64,000 bases of DNA from NCBI RefSeq assembly GCF_009914755.1, contig NC_060932.1. The stretch is one strand, 5' to 3'. Source of the DNA: the human T2T-CHM13v2.0 reference genome, Homo sapiens. Positions 51,359 to 64,000 of the stretch are shown piece by piece. The notes under the pieces are model-generated. The model had not been told where the DNA came from. It saw nothing but the letters and a program-made list of their open reading frames with translations, and made no database searches. The position numbers and the translations under genes are program-made. Position 1 is the first letter of the stretch. Every line of letters starts with the position of its first letter.

Positions 51359-54300
51359 CCAGATAAAAACTAGAAAGGAGCTTTCTGTGAAAGTGCTTTG
51401 GGATATGTGGATTCATCCCACAGAAATAAACCTGTCTTTTGATTCAGCAAGTTGGAAACACTCTTTTTGGAGAATCTGCGAAAGGACATTTAGGAGCCCA
51501 TTGAGGACTATCGGGAAAAATTGAATATCCCCAAATAAAAACTAGAAAGAAATTATCTTTGCAACTGCTTTGTGATGTGTGAGTTGATCTCACAGAGTTT
51601 TACCTTTGTTTTGATTCAGGAGATTGGAAACACTCTTCTTGGAGAATTTTCAAAAGAATCTTTGGGAGCCCACTGAAGCCCTTTTTGAGAATAAAATAAT
51701 GAAAGATAAAAACTAGAGAGAATCTATCTGTGAAACTGCTTTGTGATGTGTGAATTCATCTCACAGAGTTAAACCTTTCTTTTATTCAGGAGGTTGGAAA
51801 TACTCTTTTTATAGGATATGCAAAGAAATATTCGGGAGCCTAGTGAGGCCTATGTTTAAAAACCAAATATCACCAGATAAAAACTAGAAAGAAGCTATCT
51901 GTGAAACTTCTTTATGATGTGTAGATTCATCTCACAGAGTTAAAGATTTCTTTTGATGCAGCAGGTCGAAAACACCATTTGTAGAAAATCTGCAAAAGGA
52001 CATTTGGGAACCTATTGAGACCTAAGGGGAAAAACAAAATTATTATTCCAGATAAAAACTTAAAAGGAGCTATCTGTGAAACTCTTTTGTGATGTGTGGA
52101 TTAATCTCTGATAGGTAAACTTTTCTTTTGATCCAGCAGGTTGGAAACATTCTTTTTGGAGAATTGATGAACGCACATTTGGAAATCCATTGAGGCCTAT
52201 GGGGAAAACTGAATATCCCCAGAAGAAAACTAGAAAGAAGCTATCGGAGAAGTTGCTTTGTGTTGTGTAGATTCATCTCACCGAGTTAAAGCGTTTTTTG
52301 ATTCATCAGATCAGAAACACTGTTTTTGGAGAACCTGCAAAACAATATTTGGGAACCCATTGAGGCCTATTGGAAAAAACTAAATATCCCCAGATAGAGA
52401 CTAGAAAGAAGATATCTGTGAAACTGCTTTTTGATGTGTGGATTCATCTCACAGAGTTAAACCTTTCTCTTGATTCAGCAGGTTGGAAACACTATTTTTA
52501 GAGAATCTGTGAAGGGATATTTGGGAAACTATTGAAATCTATGGAGAAAAACTGAATATCCCCAGATAAAACCTAGAAAGGAGCTGTCTGTGAAACGGTT
52601 TTGTCATGTGAGGATTGAGCTCACAGATTTAAACCCTTCTTTTGATCCTGCAGATTGGAAACACTCCTTTTGGAGATTCTGCACAGGAACATTTCGAAGC
52701 CCATAAGGCCTATGCAGAAAAACTGAATATCCCCAGATGAAAGTAGAAAGAAGTTATCTGTGAAACTTCTTTGTGATGTGTGGATTTATCTACAGAGTTA
52801 AACCTTTCCTCTGATTCAGCAGAATGGAAACACTCTTCTAGTAGAATCTGCAAAAGGACATTTGGGAGCCATTTGGGGCCTATGGGGAAAAACCAAATAT
52901 CCTCAGATAAAAAGTAGAAAGAGTCTGTCTGTGAAAGTGCTTTGTGATGTGTGGATTCATCCTGCAGAGTTAAACCTTTTTTTTGATTCAGCAGATTGGA
53001 AACAGTCTTTTTGGAGAACCTGCAAAGGGAAATTTGAGAGCTCAATGAGGCCTAAAGGAAAAACCGAATATACGCAGATAAAAACTAGAAAGAAGCTATC
53101 TGTGAAACTGCTTTGTGACGTGTGGATTCATCACAGAGAGTTAAACCTTTCTTTTGATTAAGCAGTTTGTTAAAACTCTTTCAGTAGAATCTGTGAGAGG
53201 ACATTTTGAAACCCATTGAGGCAGATGGGGAAAAATAAAATATCCACAGATAAAAACGAGAAAGAGGCTATCTGTGAAACTGCCTTGTGGTGTGTGGATT
53301 CAGCTCACAAAGTTAAACCATTCTTTTGATTCAACAGGTGGGAAACACTCTTTTAGGACAGTCTGTGAAAGGACATTTTGGAGCCCATTGAGGCCTATGG
53401 AGACAAACAGAATATCCCCAGATAAAAACTAGAAAGAACCTGTCTTTGAAACTGCTTCATGATGTGTGGATTCACCTCACAGAGTTTAACCTTTCTTTTG
53501 ATTCAGAATGTTGGAAACATTCTTTTTGGAAAATCTGCACAAGAACACTTAAGAGACCATTAGTTCCAACGGGGCAAACCCAAATATCCACAGATAAAAA
53601 TGAGAAGGAAGCTACTTCTAAAACTGCTTTGTGGTGTTTGGATTATTCTTACAGAGTTAAACATTTCTTTTGATTCAGCAGGTTGGAAACACTCTTTGTG
53701 GAGAATCTTCGAAGTGACAATTGGGAGCCTAATGAGGCCTAAGGGAAAAAAACTGAAAATCCAGACATAAAAACTACAAAGAAGCTATCTGTGAAACTCC
53801 TTTTTGATGTGTGGATTCATCTCACAGAGTTAAACCTTTGTTTTGATTCAACTGGTTGGAAGCACTCTTTATGGACAATCTGTGAGGGATATTTTGGAGA
53901 CCATTGAGGCCTATGGGGTAAATCCAAATATACCCAGATAAAAACTAGAAAGAAGCTATCTGTGAAACTGCTTTGAGATGTGTGGTTTCTTCTCACAAAG
54001 TTAAACCTTTATTTTGATTTAGCAGATTGAAAATTCGCATAGTCTGCAAAGGGATATTTGGGAGCCCATTGAGATCTATGGGGAAAAACAGAATATCCCC
54101 AGATCAAAACGAGAAAGAAGTTATCTGTGAAACTGCATGGTGATGTGTCAACTTATCTCACAGAATGAAACCTTTATTTTGATTCAACAGGTTGGAAACT
54201 CTATTTTTGTAGAATCTTCAAAAGAACATTTCGGAGCCCATGATGCCTATGGGGTAAAACAGAATGTCCCCATATAAAGACTAGAAAGAAGCTATCTGTG

Positions 54301-57300
54301 AAACTGTTTTGTGGTGTGTAGATTCATCTCTCAGAGTTAAATCTTTATTTTGATTCTGCAGGTTGGAAACACTCTTTTTGATAATCTTCAAAAGATCATG
54401 TGGGAGCCCATTGAGGCCAATTTGGGAAAATTGAATATTCTCAGATAAAAACAAGAAAGAAACTATCAGTGAAATTGCTTTTTGATGTGTAAATTTATCT
54501 CACACAGTTAAACATTTATTTTGGTGTATTTGGTTGAAAACACTCTATTTGGAGAATATGCGAAGGGACACTTAGGAGCCCATAGGCTTATGAAGAAGAA
54601 GCAAAAATCGACAGATAAAAACTAGAAAGAAGCTATCTGTGAAATTGCTTTGTGATGTGTGGCTTCTTCTCACAAAGTTAAACCTTTATCTTGATTCAAC
54701 AGGTTGGAAACATTATTTTTGGAGAATCTGTGAGGGAAAATTTTGGAGCCCACTGAGGCCAATGTGGAGAAACAAAATATTCCTAGATAAAAACTAGACA
54801 GAAGCTATCTGTGAAACTGATTTGTGATGTGTGGATTCAACTCACAGAGTTAATCCTTTCTTTTGAATCCATAGGTAGAAAACACTCTTTTTAGAGTATC
54901 TGTGAAGGGACGTTTGGGAGCCTGTTGTGAACTATGGAGAGAAGCTTAATATCCCCAGATAAAACTAGAAACAAATTGTATTTGAAACTGTTCTGTGATG
55001 TTGGATTGATCTCACAGATTTAAACCTTTCCTTTCATCAGGCAGGTTGGAAACACTCTTTTAGTGGTATCTGCAAAGAGATATTTGGGAGCCCTTTGAGG
55101 CCTATGGGTAAAAACTGAGTATCCCAAATTGAAAACTAGAAAGAAGCTATCTGTGAAACTGCCTCATGATTTGTGGATTCATCTCACAGAATTAAATTTT
55201 TCTTATGATTCAGGGGGTTGGAAAGACTGTTTTTGGAGAATCTGTGAAGGGACATTTGGGAGCCCATTGAGGCCTACGGGGAAAAACACAATATCCCCAG
55301 ATAAAAACTAGAAAGAAGATTTCTGTGAAACTGCTTTGTGATGTGTGGATTTGTCTCACAGACTTAACCCTTCATTTGATTCAGCAGGTTGGAAACACTG
55401 TTTTTGGAGAATGTTAGAAAGGATGTGTGGGGGCCCTTTGAGGCATATGGGGAAAATCTGATTATACCTAAAGAAAAACTAGAAAGTATCTAACTGTGAA
55501 ACATCTTTGTGATGTTTATATCCGTCTCCCAAAGTTAAAACTTTCTATTGATTCAACAGGTTGGAATCACCTTTTTTAGAGAATCTGTGAAGGGACATTT
55601 GAAAGCCCCTTGAGACCTCTGTGGCAAAACCAAATATCCCCAGATAAAAACTAGAAAGAATTCCTCTGTGAAACTGCTTTGTGCTATGTGGATTCATGTC
55701 ACAGAATTAAACCTTTCTTTTGTTTCTGCAGGTTGGAAATGCTGTTTTTGGATAATCTATGAAAAGACATTTGGGAGCCCATTGAGGCCTGTGGGAAAAA
55801 ACCCAAATATCCCCAGCTAAAAACTAGAAAGAAGCTTTCTGTGAAATGGCTTTGTGACCTATGGTTTCATCTCACAGAGTAAAACCTTTCTGTTGATTCA
55901 GCAGGTTGGAAATACTGTTTTGCAGAAACTGCGAAGGGACATTTCGGAGCTGATTGAGGCCTGTGGGGAAAAAGAGATCATCCCGTCATAAGAACTACAG
56001 AGATTATATCTGTGAAACTTCTTTGTGATTTTGGATTCATCTCACAGAGTTAAACACTTGTTTTGTTTCAGAAGGTTGGAAACACTCTAATTGCAGGATC
56101 TGCAAAATGACATTTGTGAGCTCATTGAAACCTGGGGGAAAAACTGAATATATTCAGATGAAAAGTATAAAGAAACCGTCAGTGAAATAGCTTTGTGATG
56201 TGAGGATTCATCTCACAGATTTAAACCTTTCTCTTGATTAAGCAGGTTGCAAATACTCATTTTGGAGAATTTGTGAGGGGACATTTGGGAGCACATTGAA
56301 AGTTGTGGGGCTAAACTGAATATTTCAGATAAAAACTAGAAAGACACTATCTTTGAAACAGCTTTGTGATATGTGGATTCATCTCACATGGTTAAACTTT
56401 TCTTTTGATTCAGCAAGCTGGAAACATTCTTTTTGGAGAATCTGTGAAAGGGCGTTCGGGAGCCCATTGTGGGCTTTTGGGAAAAACGAAACATCCCCAG
56501 ATAAAATCTAGAAAGAAGCTATCTAAGAAACTGTTTTTTTGATGTATGGATAGATGGCAGAGAGATAAAAATTTCTGGTGATCCAGGTGGTTGGGAACAC
56601 TTTTTGTAGAATCTGTGATGGGACATTTGGTAGACCTTTGAGCCCCATGGGTAAAAAAAATTCCAAGTTAAAAACCAAAAAGAAGTCATATGTGAAAGTG
56701 CTTGGTGTTGTGTGGATTCATATCACAGGGTTAAACATTTATTTTGATCCAGCAGGTTGGAAATTCTTTAATTGGAGAATCTGTGTAAACATATATAGAA
56801 GCCCACAGAGGCACATAAAAAAAAAACCAAGGATCTTCCCAGATAAAAAATAAAAAGAAACTATCTGTGAAACTGCTCTGTGATGTGTGGATTCATCTCA
56901 CAGAGTTAAACCTTTCTTTTGATTCATCAGGTTGAACAAACTGTTTTTGGAGACTCTGTGAAGGGATGTTTGGGAGCCCATTGAAGCCTCTGTGGAAAAA
57001 CAGAAAATCTCCAGATAAAAATTAGAAAGAGACTATCTGTGAAACATCTTTGTGATGTGTGGATTCATCTTACAGAGTTAAAAGTTAGTTTTCATTCAGC
57101 AGGTTAGAATCACTTTTTTTGTAGTCTGCAAAGGGATATTTGGAAGCTCATTGGAGATTATTGGAAGAACTGAATATCCCCAGATAAAAAGTAGAAAGAA
57201 GCTATTTGTGAAAATTCATTGTGATGTGTGAATTCATCTCAAGGAGTTAATCCATTCTTTTGATTCAGCAAGATGGAAACACTATTTTTGGAAAAACTAG

Positions 57301-60300
57301 AAAGAAGCTATCTGTGAAACTGCTTTCTGATGTGTAGATTCATCTCAGAGTGTTAAACATGTCTTTTGATTCAGCAGGTTTGAAACACTCTTTGTGGAGA
57401 CTCTGCAAAGAAACATTTGGAAGCCCATAGAGGCCTATGGGAAAAAACTGAATATCCCCAGATAAAAATTAGAAAGAATCAATCTGTAAAACTGTTTTGT
57501 GATATGTGGCTTCATCTCACAGTGTTAAAAGTTTTTTATCCAGCAGGTTGGAAACACTCTTGGAGAATCTGCAAAGGGAAACTTGGGAGCCCATATACAC
57601 TTAAGTGAAAAAAACTAATATCCCCAGATAAACACTAGAAAAAAGCTATATGTGAAACTCCTCTGTGATGGAAGAATTGAGCTCATAGAGATGAACTTTT
57701 CTTTTCATCCAGCATATTGGAAACACTCTGTTTGTAGAATCTGCAAATGAACTTTTGGGAGCCCATTTTGGCCTATGGGTAAAAATCTAATACCCCAGTT
57801 AAAGACTAGTAAGAAGATATCTATGAAATGGCTTTATGTTGTGTGAATTTATCTCACAGGGTTAAATCTTTCTTTGGAAAAACTTATTGAGGTCTCTGTG
57901 GAAAAACAAATTATCCCCAGACAAAAACTAGAAAGAGGCTATCTGTGAAACGGCTTTCTGATGTGTAGATTCACCTCAAAATGTTAAACCTTTCTTTTGA
58001 TTCAGCATGTTGGAAACACTCTTTGTAGAACCTGTGAAGAGACATTTGGAGTCCTTTCAGGCCTATGGGGAAAAACAGAATATGCCCAGACAAAAACTAG
58101 AAAGAAGCTCTCTGTGAAACTGCTTTATGGTGTGTAGATTCATCTCACAGAGTTCAACCTTTATTTTGATTCCGCAGATTGGAAACACTCTTTTTAGAGA
58201 ATCTCTGAAGAGAAGTTTGGGAGCCCATTGAGAGCTGTGGGTAAAAACCAAATATCCCTAGATAAAAACTAGAAAGTAGCTATCTATGAAACTGCTTTGT
58301 GATGTGTGGATTCATCTCAGACAGTTAAACATTTCTTTTCATTTAGCAGGTAGGAAACAAGCTTTTTGGAGAATGTTTGAAGAGACTTTGGGGGCCCATT
58401 GAGGCCTCTGGGGAAAAACAGATTATCCCTAAAGAAAAACTAGAAAGAACCTATCTGTGAAACTACTTTGTGATATGTAAATTCATCTGCCACAGCTAAA
58501 CCTTTCTATTGATTCATCAGGTTGGAAACACTTTTTTTGGAGAATCTGTGAAGAAATATTTGAAAGCCCATTGATTCCTAGGTGACATAACAGAATATCC
58601 CCAGATAAAAAGTATAAGGAAGTTATATGTGAAAATGCTTTGTGATACGTGGATTCATCTCACAGAGTTAAAATTTTTTTTGGCTTCACCTGGTTGAGAA
58701 CACCCTTTTTGGAAAATTGGCAAAGGGACATTTGGGGACCCATTGTAGCCTAATTAAATAAAAACCAATTACCCCAGATAAAAACAAGAGAGAAGCTATC
58801 TGTGAAACGGCTTAGTGATGAGTGGGTTCATCGCACAGTTAAATCTTTCTGTTGACTCAGTAGGTTGGAAGCTCTCTTTTTGGCAAATATTCAAAGGGAC
58901 ATTTCGGAGCCCATTGAGGCCTATGGAAGAAAACAGAAAAAAAAAAACTAGAAACAAGCTATCTGTAAAAATGCTTTCGGATGTGTGTTTCCATCTTACA
59001 GAGATAAACCTTTGTTTTTATTCAGTAGATTGGAAACACTTTTTTGGAGAACTTTTGAAGAATCGTTTGGGAGCCCATTTAGCCCTATGGGGGAAAATGA
59101 AATATCTTTAGAGAAAAAGTAGAAAGAAGCTCTCTTCATATCTTTTTCTGATGTGTGGATTCATCTCAAAGAGTTAAACCTTTCTATTGATTCAGCAGGT
59201 TGGAAACACTCTTTTTGGAGAATCTGCAATGGGACATTTGGGAGCCTATTTAGGCCTATGGGACAATACCGACTATCCCCAGATAAAAACTAGAAAGATG
59301 CTATCTGTGAAACTGCTTTGCAATGTGAGGATTCATCTCACAGTGTTAAAACTTTCTTTTGATTCTGCAGGTTTGAAACACCCTTATTGGATAATCTGTG
59401 AAGGGACATTTGGGAGCCATTGAGGCCTATGGAAAAATACAGAACATGCCCAGATAAAAACAAGAATGGAAATATCTGTGAAACTTATTTGTGATGTGTG
59501 GATTCATCTCACAGAATTAAACCTTTCTATTGATTCATCAGGTTTGAAACACTATTTTTGGAGAATTTGTTAAGGGACCTGTGGGAGCCCATTGAGGGCT
59601 ATGGGGAAGAACAAAATATCCCCAGGTAAAAACTGGAAAGAAACTCTGTGTAAAACTTTATTGTGAGATGTGGAATCATCTCATGGAGTAATCTTTTCTT
59701 TTGACTTAGTAGGATGGGAATACTCTTTTTAAAGAACCTGTGAAGGGACATTTGGGAGCCCTTTTTGGCCTATGAGGAAAAACAAAATATCCCAGATAAA
59801 AACTAGAAAGAAGTTATATGTGAAACTGCTTTGTGATGTGGGGATTCTTCTCACAGACTTAAACCTTTCTTTTGATTCAGAAGGTTGGAAGCACTCTTTC
59901 TGGAGAATCTGTAGAGGGACATTTTGGAGTCCTCTGAGGCCTGTAGATAAAAACAGAATGTCCCCAGATAAAAATTAGGAAGAAAATATCTGTGAAACTG
60001 CTTTGTGAGTTGTGGATGCATCTCACTGAGTTAAATCTTTATTTTGATTCAGCAGGTTGGAAACGCTCTTCTTTGACTATCGGCAAAGAAACATTTGGAA
60101 GTTCATTGCAGCCTATGGGAAAAACAGAATATCCCCAGAAAAAATTAGAAAGAATATATCTGCAAAACTGCTTTGTGATGTGTGGATTCATCTCACAGAG
60201 TTAAAACTTTCTTTGGAACTAGCAGGTTGGAAACACACTTCCTGGAAAATCTGTGAATGGAAATTTGTGATCCCTTTATGGCCCATGGGTAAAAATTGAA

Positions 60301-62698
60301 TGTCCCCAGATAAAAACCAGCAGGAAGCTATCTGTGAAGCTGCTTTGTATTGCGTGGATTTATCTCACAGAGTTAAATCTTTCTTTTGATTCTGCATGTT
60401 GGAAACACTCTTTCTGGAGAAACTGCGAGGGACATTTGGGAGCATACTGAGGTCTATATGAAAAAACTGAATATGCTCATATAAAAACTAGAAAGAAGTT
60501 ATCTGTGAAACGGCTTTGTGATGTGTGGATTCATCTCAAAACATCAAACATTTATTTTTATTCAGCAGGTTGGAAACACTCTTCTTGGAATATCTGCGAA
60601 GGGACATTTGGGAGACCATTTAGGCCTATGGGGAAAAACCTAATATCCCCAGATAAAAACTACAAAAAAGCTATCTATGAAACTGCTTGGTGATGTGTGG
60701 ATTCTTCTCACAGAGTTAAATTTTTCTCTTGATTCAGCATGATGGAAACACTCTTTTTGGAGAATCTGTGAAGAAACATTTGGGAGGCCATTGTGGCTTA
60801 TGGGGAAAAACTGAATACCCCAGATAAAAACTAGAAAGAAGCTATCTGTGAAACTGCTTTGTGATTTGTGGAAGCATCTCACAGAGTTAAACATTAATTT
60901 TGATTCAGCAGGCTGGAGATACTCTTTTTGTGGAATTTGTGAAGGGACATTGGGGAGCTCAAGGAGGCCTCATAGGAAAAACTGAATATCCCCAGATTAA
61001 AACCAGAAAGAAGCTGTCTGATAAACTACTTTTTGAAGTGTGGATGTTTCTCGCATAGTTAAACATCTCTTTTAATTCAGCAGGTTGGAAAAATCATTTT
61101 GGAGAATCTGCAAAGGGACATTTTGAAGCCATTTGAGGCCTATGGGTAAAACGGATTATCCCTAGATAAAAAGTAGAAAGAAGCTCTCTGTGTAACTGCT
61201 TTGTGATGTGTGGATTCATCTCATGGAGTGGAACCTTTCTTTTGATACAGCAGGTTGGAAACACTGTTATTGCAGAATCTGCAAAGGGACATATAGGAAC
61301 ACATTGACTCCTAAGGGGATAAATCAAATATCCCAAGACAAAAACTAGAAGGACGTATCTGTGAAACTGCTTTGTGATATGTGGATTCTTCTCACGGACT
61401 TAAAACTTTCTTTTGATCCAGCAGATTGGAAAAACTCTTTTTGGAGAATCAGCAAAGGGACATTTGGGAGCTCATTGAGGCCAATTGGGAAAAACAAATA
61501 ATCCACAGATAAAAACTAGAAAGAAGCTATCATTGAAATTCCTTTGTGATTTGTGAATTCATGGCACAGAGTTAAACCTCACTTTTGATCCAGCAGGTTG
61601 GAAACACTCTTTTTGTAAAATCCATGAAGGCACTCCTGGAAGCCCATTAAGACCTACAAGTAAAAACCAATAGTCCCCAGAAAAAACTAAAAAGAAGCTA
61701 TCTGTGACACTGCTTTCTGAAGTGTGGATTCATCTACCATAGTTAAACCTTTCTTTTGATTCAGTAGGTTGGAAACATTCTTTTTGCAGAATCTGCAAAA
61801 AGACATTTTGGAGCCCTTTAAGTCCTGTGCAGTAAAACTGAATATCCCCAGAAAAAAATGAAATAGAAGCTATCTGTGAAACTGCTTTGTGATGGGTGGA
61901 TTCATATCACAGAGTTAAACCTTTCTTTTTATTCAGAAGCTTAGAAACACTCTTTTTGGTGAATCTACAACCTGACAATTGGGACTCAACTGAGGCTTAT
62001 GGGAAAAAAAAAATATCCTTATATAAAAACCAGAAAGAAGCTATCTGTAAAACTCCTTTGTGATTTGTGTATTCATCTCACAGTGTTTAACATTTCTTTT
62101 TATGCAGCAGGTTGGAAACACTGTTTTTGGATCAGCTGTGAAAAGCACATTGAAGTTTATGGGAAAAAAACTATCCCCAGATAAAAACTGGAAAGAAGTT
62201 ATTTGTGAAACTGCTTTGTGATATGAGATTTCCTCTCACAGACTTAAAACTTTCTTTTGATTCAGCAGGTAGCAAACTCTCTTTTTGGAGTATCTGTGAA
62301 GGGACATTTGAAAGCCCATTGGAGCCTATGGGGTAAAACTGAATATCCCAAAATAAAAAGAAGAAAGAAGCTATCTTTGAAAATGCTTCATCATGTGTGG
62401 ATTCGTCTCACAGAGTTAAAAATTTCCTTTGATTCAGCAGGTTGGAAACACTCCTTTTTGAGCATCTGTGAAAAGATATTTTGGAACCCATTGTAGTCTG
62501 TCAGGAAAAACAGAATATCCCCAGATAGAAACTAGAAAGAAGCTATCTGTGAAACTGCTTTTGAAGTGTGGATTCATCTCTCAGAGTTAAACTTTTCTAT
62601 TGATTCAGCAGGTTGAAAAACTCTTCTCCCTGAATCTCTGAAGGGACTTTGGGGAGCATATTGAGGCCTATTGGGCAAAACTGAATATCCCCCCTACC

Positions 62699-62719
62699 AA
62701 AAAAAAAAAAAAAAAAAAA
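62699..62719. repeat. Poly(A) expansion (~21 A) of the monomer's ataaaaact tract
   Basis: The A-run sits at the consensus A5 position. The paralogous monomer at ~63741 has only A7. Confidence 0.85.
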
Positions 62720-64000
62720 CTACAAATAACCTATATGTGAAATAGATTTTTAATGTGTGGATTCTTCTCACAGAGTAAAACTTTTCTTTTGATTCAGCCG
62801 ATAGGAAACACTGTTTTTGGAGAATCTGCAAAGTGACATTTTGGAGCCCATTGAGGCCTGTTGGGAAAAAACGAATATCCCCATATAAAAACTAGAAAGA
62901 AGCTGATAGTGATCCTGCTTTGGGATGTGTGGATTCATCTCAGAGAGTTAAAACTTTCTTTTGATTCAGCAGGTTCAAAACACTTTTCTTGGAGAATCTG
63001 AGAATGGACATTTAGGTGCCCATTGAGGCCTATGTGGAAAAAATGAACACTGAGAAAAAATTAGAAAGAAGCTATTTGTGAAACAGCTTTGTGATGTGTG
63101 AATTCATCTCAAAGAGTTAAGCCTTTCTGTTGATCCAGCAGGTTGGAAACACTCTTTTTGAAGTATCTTTGAAGGAACATTTGAGAGCCCTTTGAGGCCT
63201 ATGGGGAAAAACCAGATTTCCCCAGATAGAAAGTAGAAAAAAGCTATCTGTGAAACTGCTTTGTGATGTGTGAATTCACCTCACAGAGTGAAAGTGTACC
63301 TTTGATTCAGCAGGTTGGAAACACTCCTTTTGGAGAATCTGTGAAGGAACATTTCGGAGCCCATTGAGACCTATATGGAAAAAGGAAATATCTCCAGATA
63401 AAAACTAGAAAGAAGCTATCTGTGAAACTGATTTGTGATGTGCGGATCCATCTCACAGAGTTAAAACTTTCCTTTGATTCAGCAGGTCGGAAACACTCTT
63501 TTTGGAGCATCTGCAGAAAGACATTTCAGAGCCCATTGTGGCCTTTCAGGAAAAACAGAATATCCCCAGGTAGAAATTGAAAGAAGCTATATGTGACACT
63601 GCTCTTTGAAGTGTGGATTCATCTCACAGAGCTAAATGTTTCTTTTGATTCAGCAGGTTGAAAAAACTCTTTTCCGAGAATCTCCAAAGGGACATTTGGG
63701 AGCACATTGAGGCCTATGGTGCAAAACCAAAAATCCCCTCCAAAAAAACTAGGCAGAAGTTATCTATGAAACAGATTTTTAAGTGTGAATTTATCTCACA
63801 GAGTTAAAACTTTCTTTTGATTCAGAAAGTAGGAAACACTCTTTTTGGAGAATCTGCATAGAGACATTTGAGAGCCCATTGAGGCATATGGATAAAAATC
63901 AAATATCCTTAGATGAAAACTAGAAAGAAGCTATCTGTGAAAGTGTTTGTGATACATGGATTCATCTCACAGATTTAAATCAATCTTTTAATTCCCCAGG

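Larger units (their letters stand above)
39676..64000. repeat. Alpha satellite, divergent ~172-bp monomers; segment 3 (continues beyond the window end)
   Basis: Same consensus and orientation through to the last base. Confidence 0.97.

Noticed and set aside
1-64000. More than a hundred short ORFs with recurring peptides ([51 protein letters not shown]) that look like a repeat-protein family
   Set aside because: They are translations of the satellite monomer. One frame is stop-poor, and the 172-bp period shifts the frame each unit. Starts and stops are random, with no codon-level conservation and no gene structure.
1-64000. CRISPR-like repeat/spacer array
   Set aside because: The entire 172-bp unit is repeated with no unique spacers, there are no cas genes, and the context is primate (L1PA).
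1-64000. CENP-B boxes or an active centromeric HOR
   Set aside because: No TTCG....A..CGGG pattern was seen at the box position. The multimer similarities are degenerate and irregular, not a homogeneous HOR. This was a manual scan only.

Overview
This window is primate (probably hominoid or other catarrhine) pericentromeric DNA. About 97-98% of it is one unidirectional array of roughly 360 divergent ~172-bp alpha-satellite monomers of an old, A-type kind; I saw no CENP-B box. The array is interrupted by two 5'-truncated, 5'-inverted L1PA-type LINE-1 insertions, each with a target-site duplication (TSD): ~1.32 kb at 5450-6770 and ~0.14 kb at 39540-39677. There are no real genes. The ORF track consists of satellite read-through plus dead L1 ORF2 fragments. 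I found no evidence for a new gene-encoded system. The most interesting signals are structural. (i) Fossil multi-monomer duplications are hidden in the apparently monomeric array, with 5-mer, 6-mer, ~3-4 kb, ~7.3 kb and ~13.6 kb offsets; one of them appears to preserve the empty site of the small L1. (ii) Both L1s are twin-primed and each lost ~330 bp at the inversion point. (iii) There are several templated-insertion or fold-back repair scars. All comparisons were made by eye, and L1 and alphoid consensus comparisons are from memory.
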